A stretch of 45,129 bases of DNA from Candidatus Eiseniibacteriota bacterium. GTDB lineage: Bacteria > Eisenbacteria > RBG-16-71-46 > SZUA-252. The translations under genes and the position numbers were made by a program. The DNA lies in NCBI GenBank assembly GCA_031370645.1, contig JANMQV010000112.1, forward strand, positions 1-45,129, written 5' to 3'. The notes beneath the pieces were generated by a model. That model made no database searches, was not told where the DNA came from, and was given only the letters and a program-made list of their open reading frames with translations. Within the stretch, counting starts at the first letter, position 1, and the number at the start of each line of letters is the position of its first letter. Of this stretch, positions 37,014 to 45,129 are shown piece by piece.

Positions 37014-38303
37014 TTAGGCGAGGAGCGCCGGCAGCTCGCGCTGCACCGGCTCGGTGGTAACCAACGCGCGGCCGGCATCGAGGAGGAGGTTCACCTCGCT
37101 CCGAACGCCGAACTCCTCGAGATAGATCCCCGGCTCCACCGAGACGAGCGTGCCATCGAGCAGCCGGCGCTCATCGCGCGTTTCCAAATTATCCAAGTGG
37201 ACGCCGTTCGCGTGCACCTGCTCCCCGATTGAATGTCCGGTGCGATGGAGGAAACGCTCGCCGTAGCCACGCTCGCGAACCACCGCTCGCGCCGCGTCGT
37301 CCACGTCGCAGCCGCGAATCTCGCGCCCCGTCACGAGCGCCTGCTCCACCGTGCGGACGGCGGCATCGCGCGCATCGCGCACGATCTCGAAGATCTCGCG
37401 ATGGCGCGCCGGAGCGCTTGCTCCGACGAACGCGACCTGCGTGTAGTCGGCGAAGATCGCGCCGGGGTGAGTCGCCTTGCACCAGGCGTCGATGAGAAGG
37501 AAGTCACCCTTCCGGATGGGGACGTCGGTCCCGGGGCGCGTGTCGAAATGCGGATCGCCCGAGTGTTCGTTCACCGCCACGGTAGGCGCGAGCTCTGTGA
37601 CGAGTCCCTCCCCGTCGAATCGGTCGAGAATGAAGCGCTGGAGTGAGACCTCGGTGATCGAAGTTCCGGCGCGGACGGCGTCCCGAACTCGAGCGAACGC
37701 GGCGCCGAAGATTCCGTGGAGGCGCTTCCCCGTTTCGATGTGGTCGCGGCGCGCCTCGGGCGACAGAACCCCGCCGAATCGCTGCGCGAGGTTCGCCGAG
37801 GAAATGACCGGCGCCCCCGCGGCTCGAACCAACTCGATCGTTCCCGCGTCCACGCGCGAGAGATACGGAAGGCGCGCGAGCGGAGAGTACTCCATGGCGA
37901 TCGAGGGGGCGATGCCGCCCGAAGGACCGATCGAGGCGACGATGCTTCCCACCGCATCGGCAATCGCCCGGTCGAGTTCGCCCCATGACAGGTAGATGGT
38001 CGTCTCGCCTGGGAGCGGATCGAGGCTTCGGGGCTCGATGCGGTGAACGATTCGTCGCGGCGTACCCCGCGCGGGGATGAGATAGAACCAGCGCCGCGAG
38101 TCCTTCGCCCGATCCTGAATCCGATCGAGCCCCAGCACCGCCGGCGCGATCGGGTTCGAGCCGTGAAAGTCGTAGAGGAGCCAGGCGCCGATCTCCTCCT
38201 CGCGGAGCGCTGCCTGAATCGCCGCCACGCGCTCGGCCAACTCCTTCGCGAGCGCCGCCCGGGCGTCGGCGGGCGCCGGCGGAGGAGAAGCCGGCATGGT
38301 CAT
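37014..38303 (-). CDS. M24 family metallopeptidase (Xaa-Pro type)
   Basis: 'DPHF', 'LLID', 'ADYT', 'HRTGHSIG', 'SVEPGIY', 'GVRSE'. Confidence 0.9.
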   Translation of the reverse strand: MTMPASPPPAPADARAALAKELAERVAAIQAALREEEIGAWLLYDFHGSNPIAPAVLGLDRIQDRAKDSRRWFYLIPARGTPRRIVHRIEPRSLDPLPGETTIYLSWGELDRAIADAVGSIVASIGPSGGIAPSIAMEYSPLARLPYLSRVDAGTIELVRAAGAPVISSANLAQRFGGVLSPEARRDHIETGKRLHGIFGAAFARVRDAVRAGTSITEVSLQRFILDRFDGEGLVTELAPTVAVNEHSGDPHFDTRPGTDVPIRKGDFLLIDAWCKATHPGAIFADYTQVAFVGASAPARHREIFEIVRDARDAAVRTVEQALVTGREIRGCDVDDAARAVVRERGYGERFLHRTGHSIGEQVHANGVHLDNLETRDERRLLDGTLVSVEPGIYLEEFGVRSEVNLLLDAGRALVTTEPVQRELPALLA

Positions 38304-39505
38304 CGCCGCTCTCCGTCCCCGTGGAACCGGCCGGCGATCACCTCTCGGAGCGCAGGCATTCCCTCGCGCGTCAGGGCCGAGACAAATACCGCCCCGGGAT
38401 GCTGGGCTCGGAGCCCGATGAGGGCAATCTCGTCATCGAGCGCGTCGATCTTGTTGAAGACGAGGAGCCGGGGACGCTCGAGCGCTCCGAGTTCCTCGAG
38501 AACGGTGTTCACCGCCTCGATGTGCGCGTCCGGGTCGGTCTCGGCGGCGTCCACGACGTGGAGTAGCAGATCGGCCTCGGTGACTTCCTCCAACGTGGCG
38601 CGGAACGAGGCGACCAGATGCGCCGGAAGCTTTCGGATGAATCCAACCGTGTCGGTGAGGAGGACCTGCACCTTCCCCTCCGAGGCGATGACGCGGGTCG
38701 TAGGATCGAGCGTGGCGAAGAGCTGGTTTTCCACGTAGACCTTGGCTTTCGCGAGGGCGTTGAAGAGTGTGGATTTCCCGGCGTTGGTGTAACCGACGAG
38801 CGAGACCTTGAAACAATCCTTCCGCCCCCTTCGCTGCACGCGCCGTTCGCGAACCACCCCTTCCAGCTCACGTTTCAGGCGCGCGAGCCGCTCACGGATC
38901 TTCCGGCGGTCTACTTCCAGCTGCGTCTCACCCGGCCCACGCGCGCCGATCCCGCCGGCCTGCTGTCCGAGATGGGTCCACATGCGCGTGAGGCGGGGAA
39001 GCAGGTACTCGAGTTGCGCCAGCTCCACCTGAAGGCGCGCTTCCCGTGTGCGAGCGCGGCGCGCGAAGATGTCGAGAATGAGCGCGCTTCGGTCCACGAC
39101 GCGCATTCCCGTCTCCTTCTCCAGATTCCGCTGTTGTCCCGGCGAGAGATCGTCGTCGAGGAGGAGGAGCCCCGCCTTCTCTTCGACGGCGAGTTCCTGT
39201 ATCTCTTCGATCTTCCCTTTGCTGAGAAACGTAGAGGCGCGAACCGCGCCGCGGCGTTGCAGCACCTGCCCGCGCACCTGCGCTCCCGCCGTCTCGGCCA
39301 GGAGTTTCAGTTCCGCCAGTGTGATCGAGGCCTCCCCGCCGCGCGTGGAGCGGCCGGCCAGAATGGCTCGATCGGGCTTCCCCGCGGGCTTTGCAGTACC
39401 GGCGGGCCCTACGTCTTCCGAGGTGGTGTCCGCTTCGTGGCTATGACGCGGGCGCGATTTCGAGGTCGTACGGGATGTTGTCCGCGAGGTTTTCAAACGT
39501 TCCAT
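38300..39505 (-). CDS. hflX: Ribosome-splitting GTPase HflX
   Basis: 'LILDIFARRA', 'GPGETQLEVDRR', GYTNAGKST, 'FATLD', 'DTVGF', 'NKID'. Start is uncertain. Confidence 0.95.
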   Translation of the reverse strand: MERLKTSRTTSRTTSKSRPRHSHEADTTSEDVGPAGTAKPAGKPDRAILAGRSTRGGEASITLAELKLLAETAGAQVRGQVLQRRGAVRASTFLSKGKIEEIQELAVEEKAGLLLLDDDLSPGQQRNLEKETGMRVVDRSALILDIFARRARTREARLQVELAQLEYLLPRLTRMWTHLGQQAGGIGARGPGETQLEVDRRKIRERLARLKRELEGVVRERRVQRRGRKDCFKVSLVGYTNAGKSTLFNALAKAKVYVENQLFATLDPTTRVIASEGKVQVLLTDTVGFIRKLPAHLVASFRATLEEVTEADLLLHVVDAAETDPDAHIEAVNTVLEELGALERPRLLVFNKIDALDDEIALIGLRAQHPGAVFVSALTREGMPALREVIAGRFHGDGERR

Positions 39506-40673
39506 CCGGTCGGGCGTAGACAACGTCCTCGAGGCGGACGCCCATGCCGCGGGAGGGATAATAGAGACCCGGCTCGATCGTGAAGAGCGAGCCCGGTTCG
39601 AGCCGGTCGGGATTGTTGACGGGTCCGCCGAGATTCGGGCGCTCGTGGACCTCGAGGCCGATGCCGTGGCCGAGGCCGTGCACGTATCCCTCTTCCAGCC
39701 GATCGTCCTGCCGAATGGTGCGGTGCCCGTGCTTCTCGAAGAAGTCGCAGACGCGGTCCTGGTAGGAGCGGCCGCGCGCCTGCAGTTTGAGCGCGTCGAT
39801 CGAATCGCGGAGCGAGTCGCGGACGCAGGAGTGGACGGCGCGGAGGTCGTCCGAAGCCCGGCCCACGCAGTAGGTGCGCGTCACGTCGAAGAAGTAGCCC
39901 CCTCCGGCCTGCACCGGGTAGAGATCGATGACGATCGACGCTCCCTCCTCCAGCACATCGGCGTCGTTCCCCGAGTTGTGCGGCACGCCGGCATCCCGAC
40001 CTTGCGCCACGATATTTCCGCCCGGCTCCTCGAGCCCCGCTTCGAAAAACGTCCGGCGGATGCCGCGACGGAGTCGTCCGACCGTCACCCACCCCTCGTC
40101 GTCGCGGAGGCGCTTTCCATCCAGGCGGCCTCGCCCGATCATCTCGCGGACGCGGGCGTAGGCGGTCGCGCAGACCGCCCCGACCTTCTTCACTTCCGCC
40201 AGCTCGGCTTCGTCCTTCGTGAGGCGCGCCTGGAGGAAGAGGTCGGGATCGCTGTCCTCGATCAGCTCGAGATCGGGGCGGCGCTCCCGAAGCCGGCGGA
40301 GGATGTGGTAATAGCGACCGACCGGCCCGGTGCCGTCCACCAAGAGCCTGCCGCTCACGCCGAGGGCGCGAAGCGTCTCGTCCAAGAAACGCGCGTAAGC
40401 GGGGGCCGCCGCTCCCTCTTCCTCCAGGATCTTCCGGTAGCCGCGGTCCCCATAGGTGCTCAACTCGAACCCGGTCGTGGCCGCGCCATCCCGCTCCATC
40501 GAGGCATGCACCAAGTGCGGGCGGCCGCCGCGCTTCCAAACGACCACGCCCGTGCTCAGGTCGGCGCGAGGCCCCACGACGTAGCGGAACGTCGCGTTCG
40601 GAGTTTCGGTCTTCAGAACGAGGGCGGCGTCATAGCCCCGCTCCCCCAAAAGCTTCTCGATGTCAGCGCGCAT
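39441..40673 (-). CDS. Aminopeptidase P / M24 family peptidase
   Basis: 'VPHNSG', 'IVIDLYP', 'DVTRT', 'HGLGHGIGLEVHE', 'TIEPGLY', 'GVRLED'. Confidence 0.92.
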   Translation of the reverse strand: MRADIEKLLGERGYDAALVLKTETPNATFRYVVGPRADLSTGVVVWKRGGRPHLVHASMERDGAATTGFELSTYGDRGYRKILEEEGAAAPAYARFLDETLRALGVSGRLLVDGTGPVGRYYHILRRLRERRPDLELIEDSDPDLFLQARLTKDEAELAEVKKVGAVCATAYARVREMIGRGRLDGKRLRDDEGWVTVGRLRRGIRRTFFEAGLEEPGGNIVAQGRDAGVPHNSGNDADVLEEGASIVIDLYPVQAGGGYFFDVTRTYCVGRASDDLRAVHSCVRDSLRDSIDALKLQARGRSYQDRVCDFFEKHGHRTIRQDDRLEEGYVHGLGHGIGLEVHERPNLGGPVNNPDRLEPGSLFTIEPGLYYPSRGMGVRLEDVVYARPDGTFENLADNIPYDLEIAPAS

Positions 40674-40718
40674 GGTTCGCTCCGAATGCGGCGACGGCGC
40701 GCCGGTTGGTGGTTGACG

Positions 40719-41912
40719 TCATGTACGGAAGAGGACCTGCTCGTTCGAGAAGAGCCGCACGGCGATGACGATCATGAGCGCGGCAAGCAGGCTGCTCGAT
40801 CCGATGGCGGCGAAGGCGTGCGACGCCTGCACCGTGTCGGTGAGAATCTCACGCTGCAGGAGTGCCGTGTTGAGAATCGGCACGAAGAACTGCTTCAGGG
40901 GGACCGACTCCGACTGTGTGAACGAACTGAGCCCCAGGAAGACCGACGCCATATAGACGTACGTCGCGTACGTCTGTCCTTCGCGCATGCTCCGCGCGAA
41001 GCATCCGATGGCCACGAGAATGGCGCTGAGGAAGATGGCCGCCGGAAGGAGCGTGAGGAAAAGAAGGAGCATCTTCTCCGGGCTCACGGAGAGTTCCAGT
41101 GCTTGGCTCTTCATGACCGTGAGGTGGGCGGCCAGCACGCCGAACGAGAGCCAAAGGCCCAAGATGCCCGTCACGGCGCCCGTGAGGGAGGCGGCTAGGA
41201 CTGCCATGACCTTTCCGATCACGAGTTCGGCGCGAGTCGCCGCGCTCGCGAGAATCGTCTCGAGCGTGCTCCGCTCCTTCTCGCCGGTCGTGGCGTCGAT
41301 CGCGGTCTGCATGGCGCCCGCCGCCACCATGAAGATGAGGAGATACGGGATCAGGAGCGCCGCGATGTAGCCTCCGAGTTCCTTCTTGGACGAGATGTCC
41401 TTCCGCTCCACGGTGAGCGCCGGAGGCGCCGTGGCGTTCGCGCCGCGGCTCTTGGCCCATTCGAGGGTGAGCGCCTGTCGGACTTCGTCCATCGCCGGTT
41501 TCAGCCGCTTGGCGGTTTCCGACGACTTGTTGTCCGCATCTTTGTAGCGAAGTTCCACTTTCACGCTGTCGCCGCGCGCGATCATCCCCGCGAGATCGGG
41601 CGGGAGGACGAGGAGCGCCTGCACGTCCGCCGCATCGTAGGTCGCCGGCTCTTGATCGAATGGCACGACGGTGACCCCTTCGACCGCGGCCACCTTTTCG
41701 GATGCGGCGGGAAACTGCGCCGCGCCCACGATGCCGACCCGAACGGAGAAGGCTTTCGCCTCTTCGTCGTTCTTCGACTGGATGTAACCCATGAGCATGA
41801 GGAGCGCCGGGTAGAGCAAGAACGGGAAGACGAAGATCGCGAAGATCGTTCTCCCGTCCCGGAGCGTGTCGATCAGTTCCTTCCGGAAGACGGCCATCGT
41901 CCTACCGGTCAT
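40719..41912 (-). CDS. ABC-2 type permease, NatB-like
   Basis: 'KELIDTLRDGRT', 'AIDATTGEKERSTLETIL', 'GK'; multiple TMs. Confidence 0.85.
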   Translation of the reverse strand: MTGRTMAVFRKELIDTLRDGRTIFAIFVFPFLLYPALLMLMGYIQSKNDEEAKAFSVRVGIVGAAQFPAASEKVAAVEGVTVVPFDQEPATYDAADVQALLVLPPDLAGMIARGDSVKVELRYKDADNKSSETAKRLKPAMDEVRQALTLEWAKSRGANATAPPALTVERKDISSKKELGGYIAALLIPYLLIFMVAAGAMQTAIDATTGEKERSTLETILASAATRAELVIGKVMAVLAASLTGAVTGILGLWLSFGVLAAHLTVMKSQALELSVSPEKMLLLFLTLLPAAIFLSAILVAIGCFARSMREGQTYATYVYMASVFLGLSSFTQSESVPLKQFFVPILNTALLQREILTDTVQASHAFAAIGSSSLLAALMIVIAVRLFSNEQVLFRT

Positions 41913-42648
41913 CGAGCCCTCCCTTCACCGCCTCGACGAATACATCTTCGAGGCTTCCCGATCCGTTCCCCGCGCCGAGCGTCGCGAGCGTTCCTTGCTT
42001 CAAGATGGACCCCTTCTCGATGATGGCGATCTCGTCGCAGATCCGCTCCGCCTCCGTCATGATATGGGTCGAGAAGATAACCGTCCTTCCACGCTTCTTG
42101 AGATCCAGGACCAGCGCCAGCACTTCACGCGCCCCGAAGACATCGAGACCCGACGTCGGCTCGTCGAAAATCAGGACTTCCGGATCGTGCACGACGACGC
42201 GGGCGATAGAGAGCCGCTGCTTCATCCCGGTCGACATCTTGCCGACGCGCTTGTCGAGGAGCCCGTCGAGAGCGAACGGCTTCGTGAGCGCGTCGATGCG
42301 CGCCGGAATCGCGGACGGCTCCATTCCCGCGAGCGTGCCGAAGTAGGTGAGGAGTTCTCGCCCGGTGAGGCGATCGTAGAGTTTCGTATCGCCGGAGAGA
42401 TAGCCGATACGGCGGCGGACCTCCGCCGGTTTCTGAATAATATCGAAGCCCGCGACCTTCGCGGTTCCGGCCGACGGCGAGAGAATCGTGGCGAGCATGC
42501 GCAGTGTCGTCGTCTTGCCTGCGCCGTTTCGACCGAGCAGTCCGAAGACCTGTCCCGGGCGGCAGGTGAAGGAGATGTCCTTCACCGCCGGGACGTCCCC
42601 CTTCTTCCGGTCGTGAAACGTTTTTCGTAATCCTTGGACTTCGATCAA
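41902..42648 (-). CDS. ABC transporter ATP-binding protein, NatA-like
   Basis: GRNGAGKTT, 'MSTGMKQR', 'FDEPTSGLD', 'STH'; TTG start with GGGAG RBS. Confidence 0.92.
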   Translation of the reverse strand: MIEVQGLRKTFHDRKKGDVPAVKDISFTCRPGQVFGLLGRNGAGKTTTLRMLATILSPSAGTAKVAGFDIIQKPAEVRRRIGYLSGDTKLYDRLTGRELLTYFGTLAGMEPSAIPARIDALTKPFALDGLLDKRVGKMSTGMKQRLSIARVVVHDPEVLIFDEPTSGLDVFGAREVLALVLDLKKRGRTVIFSTHIMTEAERICDEIAIIEKGSILKQGTLATLGAGNGSGSLEDVFVEAVKGGLDDR

Positions 42649-42708
42649 GAAAACTCCCTCGTCTCGAGGAATGTCGCGGCCGGAGCCATTTCCAGGCCAA
42701 GAGCGCTG

Positions 42709-42737
42709 AGTCTAGGAACCGCGAGAGAGGGTGTCAA
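42709..42737 (-). promoter_or_regulatory. Sigma70 promoter of the natAB-M24-hflX-M24-arfB run
   Basis: Minus strand TTGACA (42737-42732), N17, TAGACT (42714-42709). Confidence 0.65.
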
Positions 42738-42759
42738 CGCGAGGGGGGCGAATCTCGTA

Positions 42760-42788
42760 TTGAAGCCGAACGTCTAAATAGGTACCTT
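42760..42788 (+). promoter_or_regulatory. Putative promoter of trxA
   Basis: TTGAAG, N17, TACCTT. Confidence 0.4.
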
Positions 42789-42858
42789 TAGGGACGAGCG
42801 CGTAGGGGCGCGCCGATAACCGATACTGTTGCAACTACTTGCGAAGGAGTTCAGAAAA

Positions 42859-43188
42859 ATGTCCCAGGCCGTTCTCGAAGTAACCGACAGCACGTTCGAC
42901 GCCGAGGTGCTGCAGTCGCAAGTTCCCGTGCTCGTCGACTTCTGGGCTACCTGGTGCGGCCCCTGCCGGATGATCGCCCCCGTCGTGGAAGAAGTGGCGA
43001 AGCTGTACGAGGGCAGGGTGAAGGTGGCGAAGGTGGACGTGGACAATAATGTTCGCATCGCGACCAAGTTCGACATTCGAAGCATTCCGACGCTCTACAT
43101 CTTCAAGGGCGGAAAGGTCGTGCAGACGATCGTCGGCGCCGTTCCGAAGAACCAGCTCACGATGGCGCTGGACGGGGTGCTCGCCTAG
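42859..43188 (+). CDS. trxA: Thioredoxin
   Basis: '[11 protein letters not shown]', 'IRSIPTL'; AAGGAG RBS. Confidence 0.95.
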   Translation: MSQAVLEVTDSTFDAEVLQSQVPVLVDFWATWCGPCRMIAPVVEEVAKLYEGRVKVAKVDVDNNVRIATKFDIRSIPTLYIFKGGKVVQTIVGAVPKNQLTMALDGVLA

Positions 43189-43233
43189 AAGAACGCGCCG
43201 CAAGATGAGGCGATTGGGTTCGCCGCGGCGCTC

Positions 43234-45129
43234 CTAGTTCTCGAATCCCATCTTCTTCAGAAATGCCGCCCACCGCGGATCGCCGTGAAGCGAACGAAAG
43301 AGCGGTTCCACTCTCACTTCGGCGAGGCCGGGATCGCGACTGATGTAGGCACGCTCGAGCCATTCAAACGCGCGATCCTTCTCGCCGCGGTACGAATAGG
43401 CGCCCGCGATTTGGAACAAGGCCTCCTTCGCGTGGTTCCGCACCAATTCTTTGAGCGCCGCATCCGAGGAGTCGCGCATCCCCTGAGCGTGCCGCGCGAG
43501 CGCGATTCCCTGAAGTCGGTAGTACGGCACCGGGACTTTCTCGAATTGGGCGCGCGCTTCTTCGGCGCGCCCCTCCGCCAGCCGAACCAGCCCCATTCCG
43601 TAGGGGAGAAATCCGTTTTGGGGCCCGAGTTCGAGTGCTTTCTGGAGCGCCCCTTCCGCTTCCTTCAGCCGTCCGGCCTGATAGGCGTGCGCGCCCCAGT
43701 TCCGAAGCGCCGAGACGCTCAGTGGATCGAGTTCGGCGGCGCGGCGGTCGAGTTCGATTGCCTCGTCCAATTTTCCGAGCGAGGCGAAGGCCCCGGCCAC
43801 GGCGTGAACGACGTCCGCGTTTCCAGGCGCGAGCGCTAGAGCGCGGCGGTACGAGGAGTCGGCCACGCTCCAATTCCAGTCGTGCCAGAGGCTCACCCAT
43901 CCGAGCGCCACGTGCCCCTCGGCCAGGTTCGGCTCGAGGCGGAGCGCGCGCTGGGCCGCTTCCCGGGCGCGCGTGTAGCCCGCCTCGCCGGCCGGAGCCC
44001 ATCCCCACGAGGCCTGCGCCATCTGCGCGCGCGAGAGGCCGGCCCACGCGAGCGCGTTCGCCGGATCGAGATCGACCGCGCGCTTGAAAAAGTCGATCGC
44101 TTTCGCCATGTCGGCATCGTTGAAGCGATCGTAGAAGAAGCGGCCCTGGAGATAGAGGCGATAGGCTTCGGCGTTCGTGCCTCGGCCGGTTGAGGCCGCC
44201 TTGAGAGCGGCATCGCTCAACGCCGGGTCGGTTCCACCGGCCTTTCCGCCTCGCAGCGCTACTCGCAGTTCTTTCACCACCGCGCGCGCGATCCGGTCCT
44301 GGACGGAAAAGACGTCGTCGAGTTTCAGGTCGTACGTCTCGGACCAGACGTGAAATCCATCCGACGACTTGATGAGCTGCGCCGTGATCCGATAGCGGTC
44401 GCCGGCCCTTCGCACGCTCCCTTCGAGCACGTGCCCGACGTGGAGCTGGCGCCCCACCTCGGGGACCTGCACCTCTTTCCCTTTGAAACTGAACGACGAG
44501 GTTCTCGCCGCCACGTGGACGTCCTTCAGGTTTGCGAGCACGTTCAGGAGTTCTTCGCTGATTCCGTCGGCGAAGTATTCCTGGTCGCGCTGGGGGCTCA
44601 AATCGACGAATGGAAGGACGGCAATGGACGCGAATTCCGCGGGAGTCGCGGCGTGTGTCGCGGCGTGCCGTGCTTCCCAGAAGCGATAGCCGCCGATCGC
44701 CACGGCCGCGGCGATCACGAGGAGGGCTGGCAGGACCCACCGCCCACCTCGGCGGCTTTGTACCGCGGGTTCATCGACGGCGATTCCGCGAGACGCCGGG
44801 TCGGCGATGCGCTCCACCGACGAATCCTTCGCCACGAGTCGGAGCTCGTTCCGGACTTCCTTGGCGGATGGAACGCGGTCGGCGGGATTCTTCTCCAGGC
44901 ACCACTCGACGATTCGAACGAAGTCGGCGGGGAGATCGCCGCGGAGTGAGGTCATCGGCACGGGGGTGTCACGCAGGATCGAGGAAGCGAGGTCGGCGGA
45001 ACTCCTCCCCTGGAAGGGGCGTTTTCCGGTCGTCAGCTCATAGAGCATGGCGCCGAGCGAGAAGAGGTCGGTCCGCCCGTCCACCGCCTCGCCGCGTAGT
45101 TGCTCCGGCGCCATGTAGGGCACCGTCCC
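43234..45129 (-). CDS. Ser/Thr protein kinase with a TolB-like domain and TPR repeats (5' end outside the window)
   Basis: 'GTVPYMAPEQ', 'DLFSLG', TM, 'SIAVLPF...YFADGISEEL', TPRs, 'DPRW'. Confidence 0.9.
   Translation of the reverse strand, partial: GTVPYMAPEQLRGEAVDGRTDLFSLGAMLYELTTGKRPFQGRSSADLASSILRDTPVPMTSLRGDLPADFVRIVEWCLEKNPADRVPSAKEVRNELRLVAKDSSVERIADPASRGIAVDEPAVQSRRGGRWVLPALLVIAAAVAIGGYRFWEARHAATHAATPAEFASIAVLPFVDLSPQRDQEYFADGISEELLNVLANLKDVHVAARTSSFSFKGKEVQVPEVGRQLHVGHVLEGSVRRAGDRYRITAQLIKSSDGFHVWSETYDLKLDDVFSVQDRIARAVVKELRVALRGGKAGGTDPALSDAALKAASTGRGTNAEAYRLYLQGRFFYDRFNDADMAKAIDFFKRAVDLDPANALAWAGLSRAQMAQASWGWAPAGEAGYTRAREAAQRALRLEPNLAEGHVALGWVSLWHDWNWSVADSSYRRALALAPGNADVVHAVAGAFASLGKLDEAIELDRRAAELDPLSVSALRNWGAHAYQAGRLKEAEGALQKALELGPQNGFLPYGMGLVRLAEGRAEEARAQFEKVPVPYYRLQGIALARHAQGMRDSSDAALKELVRNHAKEALFQIAGAYSYRGEKDRAFEWLERAYISRDPGLAEVRVEPLFRSLHGDPRWAAFLKKMGFEN

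Noticed and set aside
1-45129. CRISPR array, tRNA/rRNA, IS element, integrase or prophage
   Set aside because: No regularly spaced repeats, T-loop/cloverleaf signatures, or transposase, integrase or phage protein motifs were seen by eye. tRNAscan/Infernal were not run.

Overview
This is a high-GC bacterial chromosomal window with about 42 CDS. I found no rRNA, tRNA, CRISPR array or transposase. An M6 protease with a FlgD-Ig/T9SS-like tail suggests an FCB-related lineage such as Ca. Eisenbacteria or Latescibacteria (inference only). Housekeeping and stress genes include a ThiO-like oxidase, mscL, an MFS transporter, OsmC, SCO, a FabL-like SDR, DoxX/MarR, pilT, arfB, hflX, two M24 peptidases, a NatAB-like ABC, trxA and a partial Ser/Thr kinase. 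Highlights: (1) A DUF2946-like leader peptide (TM helix, HEH, CxxC, C-terminal RAPP arrest motif) whose stop codon overlaps an anti-Shine-Dalgarno stem. It sits upstream of a metal-uptake operon (OM protein, SBP, permease) and looks like a metal-sensing ribosome-stalling switch. (2) That operon appears to have been replaced in situ by a lower-GC foreign homologous cassette, leaving the native signal peptide and the native permease tail as scars. The incoming OM gene carries one in-frame TAG. (3) A bacterial topoisomerase VI (top6BA). (4) A sigma54-type promoter ahead of a Walker-A-dead PilB-like protein coupled to PilT. (5) A GH / TPR-beta-barrel / HEAT / GT2 putative synthase-type exopolysaccharide operon. 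(6) An orphan family-5 SBP overlapping a hybrid histidine kinase.
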